This document shows, piece after piece, positions 1 to 8,224 of a DNA stretch of 64,000 bases. The stretch comes from Candidatus Kapaibacterium sp. (lineage in GTDB: Bacteria > Bacteroidota > Ignavibacteria > Kapaibacteriales > UBA4661). Every line of letters begins with the position of its first letter. Position 1 is the stretch's first letter. Position numbers and translations under genes: made by a program. The DNA lies in assembly GCA_025358765.1 (NCBI GenBank), contig JANYIG010000165.1, positions 6,024-70,023 on the forward strand. Direction: 5' to 3'. The notes below the pieces were generated by a model. It was not told the origin of the DNA. It made no database searches and worked only from the letters and a program-made list of their open reading frames with translations.

Positions 1-1
1 C

Positions 2-1507
2 AAATCACAAAATGTGACGACGAACACTATCCCACTTGACCTCGACGAGCCAGTGCGTGTGACCGATTCATGGGCTGATCACCATGATTTTGTTTTTTTG
101 CCTTCAAACCCTAATGTCATGCTGACGCTAAATGACGGCGGAATTTGGCGAACCAATGATTGTATGTCAGATACAATAGCATACACCTCACTCAATAATG
201 GCTATCGCACGACGCAGTTTTATACAGTGGCAATCAATCACGCCGTTCCAGGTGATAATACTGTGATGGGCGGTTTGCAAGACCGTACAACATATATGGT
301 ACGTTCCACAAAAGATGTGGGGTATCGAGTAGGGTTTGGCGATGGCTATACTTGTGCTATTAGCGAAAACGGTAAAAAATATTATACTTCATCACAATAT
401 GCTATACTGTATCGGTTTGAACTCGATAGCCGTGGCAATAGAACTCGTTTAATGAGGATAGATCCTTTTACAATGCCTTTTGAAGGAGCACGATATTTTT
501 TACTTAATCCTTTTATTCTCGACCCGAATGATGAAAGTATCATGTATTTAGCCGGCGGTACGCGCCTTTGGCGTAACAGGCTTATCAACGCTGTCGATGC
601 GTATTCTGTACAAACAAACTGGCAATCTATTACTGATTCGCTCAAAGGAGAAGTTATTAGTGCAGTGGCGGTGTCCAAACAGCCCGCCAATATTGTCTAT
701 ATTGGAACAAGCGCTGGTAAGATCTATAAAATACCCAATGCTAAGAATATATCTAGTCCTGCGCCGATGCAGAATATTTCCTCATCGCTATTTCCCAACA
801 GTTCCCTGACCGGCGCATTTATTTCATGTATTGCCGTTGATCACACAAATGCGGATTGGGCTATTGTCGCCTTTTCAAATTACAATGTTCAAAGTTTATT
901 TCTAACGACTGATGGCGGCGCAACATGGGTGCCAGTGGGGGGAAATCTTGAAGAGCGATCAAATGGCACGGGCAATGGTCCGTCAGTGGCATGGGTGAAC
1001 ATTGCGTTGGTTGGCGGTAAACCATGGTATTTTGCTGCAACCTCCGTAGGACTGTTTTCAACAAATAATCTGGACGGCATGAATACTGTATGGGAACGTG
1101 AAGGAGCGTCTACAATTGGCATCATGGATGTACGAATGGTGGATGTCCGCAAAAGCGATGGATTTATCGTAGCCGCAACGCATGGTAACGGCTTGTATGC
1201 TTCTACAATTGTCGTTGCTCCTGCGCGCTCTAATCCTGATTCCCCACAGCTTCAACTTTTGCAGAATTATCCAAATCCTGCCCAAGCCATGACATCCATC
1301 ACCTTTTTTCTCCCACAAAGTGCTCATGCACGGCTTGTGCTGTGGAATGCTCATGGTCAGGAAGTGCAAAAAATTATTGATGCTCCCCTGCCTTCAGGAG
1401 AGCATACAATACAGCTTAATACTCAACTGCTGGCGGCGGGTGCGTATTTGTTCCGCTTAGAGGCGAATGCTCAGTCTATTGTGCGAACAATGATAGTCAG
1501 TCATTAA
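2..1507 (+). CDS. BNR/Asp-box beta-propeller (VPS10/sialidase-like) protein with T9SS C-terminal sorting domain; 5'-truncated by the window
   Basis: Frame is open to the window start. Has Asp-box TTDGGATW, GGLQD and ATHGNG motifs, and a C-terminal LLQNYPNPA...GAYLFRL T9SS type A domain. Confidence 0.8.
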   Translation, partial: KSQNVTTNTIPLDLDEPVRVTDSWADHHDFVFLPSNPNVMLTLNDGGIWRTNDCMSDTIAYTSLNNGYRTTQFYTVAINHAVPGDNTVMGGLQDRTTYMVRSTKDVGYRVGFGDGYTCAISENGKKYYTSSQYAILYRFELDSRGNRTRLMRIDPFTMPFEGARYFLLNPFILDPNDESIMYLAGGTRLWRNRLINAVDAYSVQTNWQSITDSLKGEVISAVAVSKQPANIVYIGTSAGKIYKIPNAKNISSPAPMQNISSSLFPNSSLTGAFISCIAVDHTNADWAIVAFSNYNVQSLFLTTDGGATWVPVGGNLEERSNGTGNGPSVAWVNIALVGGKPWYFAATSVGLFSTNNLDGMNTVWEREGASTIGIMDVRMVDVRKSDGFIVAATHGNGLYASTIVVAPARSNPDSPQLQLLQNYPNPAQAMTSITFFLPQSAHARLVLWNAHGQEVQKIIDAPLPSGEHTIQLNTQLLAAGAYLFRLEANAQSIVRTMIVSH

Positions 1508-1542
1508 AAGTTGCTCCATAGCGATAACGTTCACACATTCGT

Positions 1543-1572
1543 AAAGCCCGTTCACCATGGACGGGCTTTTTT
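1543..1572 (+). terminator. Rho-independent terminator
   Basis: AAAGCCCGT...ACGGGCTTT stem followed by a T run, 35 nt after the stop codon. Confidence 0.75.
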
Positions 1573-1637
1573 ATTGATGCTTTTTGCCATTTTCCTTCTG
1601 CCTGCGACTTTTTCCGTGCGCAATTGCTCTTAGCTGT

Positions 1638-2207
1638 ATGAGCCAACACGAAGCCCTCTTTGTATTCATGGAACAACGACCTATCGCTCTTGAGCCTGTC
1701 GTCCCTGCACAGGAGTCCACACGCCATATACGCCGTGACGACTTCACGCGCCTGCTTGCGCCTGTGCAAGACAAGCTCTTGCGCTTTGCCTATACGCTCA
1801 CCCGCAATCGGGACGATGCACAAGACATCACAGCCGAGGCAGTATTGCTTGGATATGAGCAGTTTCATACGCTCCGTGACGAAGCGCTCTTCAAGACGTG
1901 GATGTTTACCATTGCCCAGCGCGTGTTTTACCGCGCCCTGCGGCGCTCGAAACGATTCATTCCGCTTGCAGATTCCGATGAACAGACATCCTCCATGCCG
2001 CTCCCAGAGCGCTCCGCAGAAGTCTCCTTGCTCTATGCCGCACTCGACCGCCTTCCCCGCGAACAACGCGAAACGGTCGTTTTGTTTGAAATTGTGGGGC
2101 TGTCGTTAGAGGAAATTCAGGCGGTACAAGGCGGTTCGCTTTCCGGCGTGAAATCGCGCCTCGTGCGCGGGCGGGAAAAACTCAAGCACTTGCTTGGAGA
2201 GAAGTGA
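1638..2207 (+). CDS. ECF-type RNA polymerase sigma-70 factor (start at 1638 or 1668)
   Basis: Region 2 (LLRFAYTLTRNRDDAQDI, FKTWMFTIA) and region 4 (LDRLPREQRETVVL...GLSLEEI...VKSRLVRGREKL). Confidence 0.9.
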   Translation: MSQHEALFVFMEQRPIALEPVVPAQESTRHIRRDDFTRLLAPVQDKLLRFAYTLTRNRDDAQDITAEAVLLGYEQFHTLRDEALFKTWMFTIAQRVFYRALRRSKRFIPLADSDEQTSSMPLPERSAEVSLLYAALDRLPREQRETVVLFEIVGLSLEEIQAVQGGSLSGVKSRLVRGREKLKHLLGEK

Positions 2208-2239
2208 AAATTACGGTAATGACCAAATGACCAACAACC

Positions 2240-3895
2240 ATGAACTCTGAACATAACCTTGACAATCTCTTTGAGCAGGCACGACGTGATGCCGAACGGC
2301 TCCGCTTCGGACAGGATGAACTCGCGAGCATCCTCGATAAAGCTGATTCCGTGCGCGGTGCGCCAATGCCGGCTCCTAACTCACGTATTCAACGACTTTT
2401 TAACCGCAAAACAATTATGAAAACATCGTTGCTCACAACAGTGGCGATCGTGACGGCGCTGCTCTGGAACAATGGCGAACAACCGCCGATACAGCAATCT
2501 ATCACACAAGTACCGTCGCAACAGCTTATACAGCCTACACAACCCACAGCATCAGCCATTCAGCATGGCAGCCAGCATCAACGACACGACCGCAACGGCA
2601 CAGCACAAAGACCGACAATTCAGACGACAACGCCGTTGAACTCTGTAGCGCCTGTGGATTCTGTGAAAGAACCTGCACCGTACGATTTTGTGGCGGTTGA
2701 TGATGGTGGTGAACCGAATACCGACATGAACCGCCTTTCGGAAATAGCAATATACCCGCCGGAAGCACGGCAAAAGGGCATTGAAGGCAATGTAATGGTG
2801 CGAGTACTGGTTGGCAAAAACGGTAAAGCAAAGCGGTGTTTTGTCGAACAAACTGCTTCACCTTTGTTGAACCAAGCGGCAATGGACGCGGTGCTGCAAG
2901 CTCCGTTCACGGCTGCCATTCATAACAAACAGCCCGTGGATTGTTGGGTTTCGTATCCAGTGAAATTTAAGCTGAACGAGATTTCTAAAGGCGGAACGAT
3001 AGGCGGGGTTTTGCTTTTGAAGCTGAATGATGAGGAGTTACAAACGCTCGGTGTGAGTACCTCTCAGTCTTCTGGAGAAAATACGACAACACTTATCACG
3101 GGAAAAGATACAACTGTTTTTAATCATCATCCGCGCTCGTTGAGTTTTTTGATTCGTTCGGATAAAGAAGCTAAACGTGCAAGCGTTCGGATGTATTACA
3201 AAAGGGTACAAGGTGGAACAAATTTGCAAGTCATAGAAGATGGATTTGTCTTCACCTTAGATGAAAAAAGCTCTGAAAAAATACCAGACATCGTCCCCGT
3301 TTTGTTATCACAAGGCATCAATGGGCAAAAAATTTCTGTTTATGATGGGGTAGATACTGTGGTAGTATCAAAAACTGTCAACCATTTAGTCCCTGTTGCT
3401 GTTGCTATCAACACTAAAGCGGAGCAAGCCGTGGTTCTCTGGTACGAACCAACGCCAGCCGTTCTTGCAGCATTGCCCGAACGCTACCGCACGGCATTGG
3501 AGCGTGAGTTAAAAGCATCCGAAAAATATTCCTCGCTTTGCGACATTCAAAACCCACAAGAACGCAAAGAAATCGAAAATGCCATAGCAGGGCGACCGTT
3601 TTTTGATACGTGGCGCTCGTGTGCTGGGGTGCTGTCGGTGAAGTCCGTTTTCCCCAACCCCGCACGGGAACAATCAACGGTGCGCTTTCGGTTGGATGCT
3701 CCGCGCAATATCACACTTTCGGTACACGACATCTATGGGCAGCGCCTTTCGAGTATTCCCCGCACAAACGAGCTTCCAAGCGGTGAACACGAACTTCTTT
3801 TGGATTTAACGGGCAGAACAGCAGGAATCTACCTTGTTGTTCTGACCACAGACAACGGCGAACAAGCCGTACAACGAATCATCGTGGAACGATAA
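2240..3895 (+). CDS. Putative anti-sigma-like membrane protein fused to a TonB C-terminal domain and a T9SS sorting domain
   Basis: Directly follows the ECF sigma gene. Has a short N-terminal domain, one hydrophobic helix, a P/Q/T-rich linker, TonB_C (YPPEARQKGIEGNVMVRVLVGKNG...PVKFKL) and a C-terminal SVFPNPA...GIYLVVL domain. Confidence 0.75.
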   Translation: MNSEHNLDNLFEQARRDAERLRFGQDELASILDKADSVRGAPMPAPNSRIQRLFNRKTIMKTSLLTTVAIVTALLWNNGEQPPIQQSITQVPSQQLIQPTQPTASAIQHGSQHQRHDRNGTAQRPTIQTTTPLNSVAPVDSVKEPAPYDFVAVDDGGEPNTDMNRLSEIAIYPPEARQKGIEGNVMVRVLVGKNGKAKRCFVEQTASPLLNQAAMDAVLQAPFTAAIHNKQPVDCWVSYPVKFKLNEISKGGTIGGVLLLKLNDEELQTLGVSTSQSSGENTTTLITGKDTTVFNHHPRSLSFLIRSDKEAKRASVRMYYKRVQGGTNLQVIEDGFVFTLDEKSSEKIPDIVPVLLSQGINGQKISVYDGVDTVVVSKTVNHLVPVAVAINTKAEQAVVLWYEPTPAVLAALPERYRTALERELKASEKYSSLCDIQNPQERKEIENAIAGRPFFDTWRSCAGVLSVKSVFPNPAREQSTVRFRLDAPRNITLSVHDIYGQRLSSIPRTNELPSGEHELLLDLTGRTAGIYLVVLTTDNGEQAVQRIIVER

Positions 3896-3914
3896 CGACC
3901 AATTCACGTATATT

Positions 3915-3966
3915 GCCCTCTGTACCGCTGAAGCCGATAGGTGCTCCGGGTCGCGGAGGGCTTTTT
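3915..3966 (+). terminator. Probable terminator hairpin
   Basis: GCCCTCTG...CGGAGGGC stem (one G-U pair) followed by TTTTT, just after the stop at 3895. Confidence 0.5.
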
Positions 3967-4063
3967 GTACTCATAATTTTGTAATTGGTCGTCTCTGAAT
4001 CGAGGAATGGAGCGATTATTTTAGCGATGAATGATGCACCGTCTGAGCCGCAACATAGCTCGG

Positions 4064-4612
4064 TCAAAAACTAATCGTCAGTACATTCGTTGCGGCATTA
4101 AAGCTGCTCGCAAAACGCTGAAGCGGTCCTGATGCCGGTCCACTAAGACGGGAACCATCTTTAGAAGAATATTCTGAGCCATGACACGGGCAAACCATCA
4201 CCGCGCCTGCCGAACTCGGCAAACCCACGTCGCAGCCCGTGTGCGTACACACCGCAGTCAGCACCAGAAACTCAGTGGTCGAGGAACGAATAATGATCAA
4301 GTTTCGCCCGCCATTGTTTGCGCCAAATTGCTTTGTCACGGCTCCACCCACATTCTTCAACGCCACTTCGTTGCTCACATTCAACGTAGCCGTAATGCCG
4401 GAACTTTTGATGGTCGTATTCTCGCAAGAATTAACGAGCGTTGTCAGCGCTCCGGCGGAAAGCGTCACGCCCAACATAGATGCGGCTTTCAGCAAAAAAT
4501 CGCGCCTATCGGTTGTTGTATTTTGTTCTGTGTGCTGAAATTCTTCAAAGCGTTCTGTAATCTGTGGTTCACGCTGTGGTTCACTGGTATGGTAAGGAGT
4601 TGTTAACGTCAT
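4064..4612 (-). CDS. Tat-exported Rieske [2Fe-2S] (lipo)protein
   Basis: DRRDFLL twin-arginine signal, VNSC lipobox-like site, and Rieske boxes CTHTGC and CPCHGS. Start moved to ATG 4612 to avoid overlap with the upstream gene. Confidence 0.85.
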   Translation of the reverse strand: MTLTTPYHTSEPQREPQITERFEEFQHTEQNTTTDRRDFLLKAASMLGVTLSAGALTTLVNSCENTTIKSSGITATLNVSNEVALKNVGGAVTKQFGANNGGRNLIIIRSSTTEFLVLTAVCTHTGCDVGLPSSAGAVMVCPCHGSEYSSKDGSRLSGPASGPLQRFASSFNAATNVLTISF

Positions 4613-4643
4613 AGTTCTGGGGCGAAAAAGTTGCGAAAAAAAA

Positions 4644-5852
4644 TTAATAAAAAATGTGAAGCTGCACCGTCCAGCGCGTGGATGTGTACGCATCGGTGTC
4701 CGTCCAACGGTATTCGGGGCGGAGTTCCACGTAGGGCAGCAGAAAGATTTGTGCTCCAACGCTAATTTGCTGGAATGCTAATTCCGTCACATCGTTCGGA
4801 ACGGCAATACGGGTGCGCCCTCGGTCATAGCGCACGAATGGTAGCAATCCCGTTACGGGTTGATAGCTAAGTTCTGCCGTCATATTTCGTGTTTGTCGCC
4901 CATCTTTAACCCCTGAAAGCGCATATTCACCCATCAACGAGAGCCTATCGGTTAAGCCAACACCGGCAAAAGCACTCAGGAACGTGAATGCTTTATTGTT
5001 CAGTACCGAAGCGCCGATGTAGCTGTTGATAACATGGTCTTCCGTGCGAAGCCAGAGCATGGCTTTGGCAGTCATGGTCGGTGATTTTGCCAATGTGGAA
5101 AAATTAGAATTTGAATCCAGCCCATCCAGCAGTGGTACGGTTTCGGATTTTTGATTAACGGTTTGCAGCTGCGAAAGAGATTTTGGCAAAAATGCACCCG
5201 CCGTAAGCGTGAGCCATTGGAGACCATCGTAGGTGATTTCTGCGCCATATTCCGCATAATTTGGTGCGATAAGTGGATTGTAATCTGCACCCGCAATTCC
5301 ACGCACAATCATCGTATGGTCGTCGTAGCGAACACCGATGGACGGCTGGAAAAACCCTACGCGAAGTTGTGGCGACGTGAGTGTCGGCTGAATCACCACC
5401 GATGCCGCCCATGACTGCTGACCGGCATAGCGAAGCGGTCCGGCATTATACGTACCTTCAAGAGTCAGCCAAGACGTTGCCTGCCATGCCGCGTAGAATG
5501 CCAATTGCATGGGAAAAATACGGCGTTCTGCTTCAGCAGAGGTTGGTTTACGGGCAGATTGCATACGAAAATCCAAACCGAACGTCAACGCCCCATCAAA
5601 GAACGAATTTGACTCACGGTCTAAATCGTAAAGCCAGCCTAAGCCGACGCTGCGTGGTTTTAACAACGCCATCTCTTTTTCCATGTACCAGCCAAGTTCT
5701 CCGCGCAAGCCAGAGCCTTGGTTGTTAACATGGCAGTTCAGACATTTATTCCCACTTAGCAAGGAAAATTGGGGCAGTGCGGTCACGCTGTACGGCACTA
5801 CAAGTACCAATGCAGCGCAAAGGGCGATAACGAAAACGTATCGTGATTTCAT
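4644..5852 (-). CDS. Outer-membrane beta-barrel with N-terminal monoheme CxxCH (Cyc2-like cytochrome-porin fusion)
   Basis: Signal peptide followed by ALPQFSLLSGNKCLNCH, then amphipathic beta-strands, ending WTVQLHIFY (aromatic beta-signal). Confidence 0.7.
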   Translation of the reverse strand: MKSRYVFVIALCAALVLVVPYSVTALPQFSLLSGNKCLNCHVNNQGSGLRGELGWYMEKEMALLKPRSVGLGWLYDLDRESNSFFDGALTFGLDFRMQSARKPTSAEAERRIFPMQLAFYAAWQATSWLTLEGTYNAGPLRYAGQQSWAASVVIQPTLTSPQLRVGFFQPSIGVRYDDHTMIVRGIAGADYNPLIAPNYAEYGAEITYDGLQWLTLTAGAFLPKSLSQLQTVNQKSETVPLLDGLDSNSNFSTLAKSPTMTAKAMLWLRTEDHVINSYIGASVLNNKAFTFLSAFAGVGLTDRLSLMGEYALSGVKDGRQTRNMTAELSYQPVTGLLPFVRYDRGRTRIAVPNDVTELAFQQISVGAQIFLLPYVELRPEYRWTDTDAYTSTRWTVQLHIFY

Positions 5853-5886
5853 AATAGTTAGAGGGGTTGAATGATGATTATGATAA

Positions 5887-5918
5887 AATTCTCAATTCTT
5901 AATTCCCAATTCTCAATT
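5887..5918. repeat. Heptamer short tandem repeat (AATTCYY)x4
   Basis: aattctc aattctt aattccc aattctc aatt. A related heptamer occurs on the opposite strand at about 40139-40158 (aattaag aattaag aattac). Confidence 0.6.
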
Positions 5919-6344
5919 ATTCAACGCGCCCTGCCGCACCCACGAACGAATCTGGGCGATTTCGCACTCATTGAGCCTGCTGCCAAATGGCATTTGCGTA
6001 ATTCCGTCGGAGCCTTGCACGGCAAATACAATACGATTGCCGATAGTATTGCGCCGCACCGTGTTGTAAGCACTGAGGTTTACGCCGTTGATATTGCCAC
6101 CGGCATCGGAATGACACGATATGCAATTTTTGTCCAAAAGAGGTTGAATAGTCTTGCTGTAGCTCACGCTCGCTGTGTCGCACGGACCAGCTGGAATAAT
6201 AGTTGTCGTATCTTTTTTTTCAATGCCGCGTGCGGGTCCGCTAAAATTATCACAGGATGTAAGGTAGAGCGTACAAACACTAATAACGACCAATGCGATC
6301 AAAATACATAGTTGCGACGGGCGCTTGAGCCAAAAAATAGTCAT
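5913..6344 (-). CDS. Monoheme c-type cytochrome lipoprotein
   Basis: LTSC lipobox, CISCH heme motif, distal QMP methionine, C-terminal IRSWVRQGALNN, and AGGAGG upstream. Confidence 0.85.
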   Translation of the reverse strand: MTIFWLKRPSQLCILIALVVISVCTLYLTSCDNFSGPARGIEKKDTTTIIPAGPCDTASVSYSKTIQPLLDKNCISCHSDAGGNINGVNLSAYNTVRRNTIGNRIVFAVQGSDGITQMPFGSRLNECEIAQIRSWVRQGALNN

Positions 6345-6491
6345 AGATTCCTCCTAAAAAATCATTGAATTGGTGTTGACTACGGGAATTATCGTGGTTG
6401 TGGTCAACTTACGAAAAATTTTACGGTTCTTCATCCTGCACGTTTGGGAATTTTTAGATAAGTTCTTCGACAAAAGTAATTCGGTATCGGC

Positions 6492-6515
6492 AACAAGGCA
6501 GCATGCTGCCTTGTT
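6492..6515. repeat. Perfect 24-bp palindrome (REP-like); related copy at 44654-44675
   Basis: AACAAGGCAGCATGCTGCCTTGTT is its own reverse complement. Confidence 0.7.
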
Positions 6516-6557
6516 CACAAGATTGTATCGGAAAATTATTGATGACAAACTTAGGAA

Positions 6558-6761
6558 CTGAAGTTACGCTTTGCTTTGAAATTCCCCGCTTTTTCCTAAA
6601 AGAGGGGTGTCCTGCCGTCTTCCCTGACGCATTGCGTCAGGGGACGGGGTGTTTCCCCCTCCGGCGATGAAGACCTACCCCGCCGCCCCGAAGACGGTGC
6701 GCCACCCCTTCATCACCGAGGACGGCTGACGAAGGGGAATTGTATCCAAGCGTAACTTCAG
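6558..6761. mobile_element. 204-bp MITE-like element, family A
   Basis: Perfect 14-bp terminal IR CTGAAGTTACGCTT / AAGCGTAACTTCAG, flanked by a 7-bp direct repeat TTAGGAA (6551-6557, 6762-6768). The GC-rich interior is two imperfectly inverted hairpin units with no ORF. Confidence 0.8.
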
Positions 6762-6788
6762 TTAGGAACCATGAACGCTGTTTTTATT

Positions 6789-8216
6789 TTAACATTGCGC
6801 CAAACGACCGAGTGTTGTAAGCGCCTCATCTATTCCTGACGAAAAAGGAAACCCACAATTAAGGCGAATGTAATGGTAATATTCCTGCTTTTTCGAGAAA
6901 ATTGGTCCGGGCGCAATGCTGATTTTTTCCTGCAACGCCCGTTGATGCAGCGTTACGGCATTGACGTGTTCCGGAAGCTCCACCCACACGACATAACCAC
7001 CTTGCGGGCGAGTCACTTTTGTACCTTCGGGGAAATGCTCGCCCACCGCCTGAATCGTTTGCTGCACTTGGCTTTGAAGCGATTTCCGCATTGAGCGGAG
7101 ATGGTGCTCGTAGCCTCCGTTTTGCAGAAACCGTGCCAACACAAGTTGCGGAAGCGTTGATGTGGCAAGGCTTGTAGCGATTTTCTGATGAAAAACTTCT
7201 TTGTGGAAACGCCCGGGAACAATGAACCCAACACGCAACCCCGGCGAAATCGTCTTCGAGAACGAGGCACACAGCATCACCATTCCCTCGCGGTCGAAGG
7301 ATTGAAGCGGCTTCGGGCGTTTTTCGCCGAAATACAAATCACCGTAAATATCATCTTCAATCACAGGGATGCTGTATCGCGCTGCGAGTGCTGCGGTTGC
7401 TGCTTTGTGATTATCCGGCATACAGCTTCCGAGCGGATTATTGAAGTTTGGCGTAAGAACGCAGGCGCTTACCAAACCTTGTTTCATAGCGGTTTCGAGG
7501 TGATCGAGTGCAATGCCCGTTCGCGGGTCGGTCGGAATTTCTAAGGCTTTCATGCCCAAACCCTCGATAATCCGCAACACGCCGAAATAGCACGGGGACT
7601 CCACAGCAATTGTGTCACCGGCTCGTGCCACAGCTCGCAAGCACAAGTGCATGGCTTCCGTCGCGCCACAAGAGATAACAACCTCATCCGCCGCCGTTAT
7701 TGGTGCGCCCACACTGCCCCAGTCCATCGCCCGCAGCGCAATCTGTCGCCGAAGTTCAATATTCCCGCCCGAAGTTTCGTAACGGCTTATTTCCTGCACT
7801 TCCGTCCGCGCAATGGAGGCAAAAAGTTTGGAAATTTTGGTGAGTGGTAACAACTCCGGTGAAGGCACAGCACCACCAAGTGGCGCGAAATCGGCATACT
7901 GAGCAGCATTGATAACATCCTCGACTAGCGAAATCACGTTCACAGGAGCAGCGGGCGTGGGCGCAAAGCGCCGAATAGTTGGCTCCGGTGGCAGATTCCG
8001 TAGCTGCATTCGCACGTAGTAGCCGGATTGCGGGCGAGCATCTACCAAACCCATATCCTCAAGGTGCATGTATGCTTGCAACACGGTGGAAATACTCACA
8101 CTTTTTTGTTCGCTCATCCGCCGCACCGACGGCAAACGGTCGCCCGGTTGCAACACGCGCTGATGCACTTGGCGCTGGATTTCGCGGGCTATTTGTTCGT
8201 ACAGATGTGTTTCCAT
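6789..8216 (-). CDS. MocR/GabR-family regulator (GntR HTH + PLP aminotransferase domain)
   Basis: LYEQIA...PGDRLPSVRRMS GntR HTH, plus NNPLG, IEDDIY and SFSKTISPGLRVG PLP motifs. Confidence 0.92.
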   Translation of the reverse strand: METHLYEQIAREIQRQVHQRVLQPGDRLPSVRRMSEQKSVSISTVLQAYMHLEDMGLVDARPQSGYYVRMQLRNLPPEPTIRRFAPTPAAPVNVISLVEDVINAAQYADFAPLGGAVPSPELLPLTKISKLFASIARTEVQEISRYETSGGNIELRRQIALRAMDWGSVGAPITAADEVVISCGATEAMHLCLRAVARAGDTIAVESPCYFGVLRIIEGLGMKALEIPTDPRTGIALDHLETAMKQGLVSACVLTPNFNNPLGSCMPDNHKAATAALAARYSIPVIEDDIYGDLYFGEKRPKPLQSFDREGMVMLCASFSKTISPGLRVGFIVPGRFHKEVFHQKIATSLATSTLPQLVLARFLQNGGYEHHLRSMRKSLQSQVQQTIQAVGEHFPEGTKVTRPQGGYVVWVELPEHVNAVTLHQRALQEKISIAPGPIFSKKQEYYHYIRLNCGFPFSSGIDEALTTLGRLAQC

Positions 8217-8224
8217 TATGTGTC

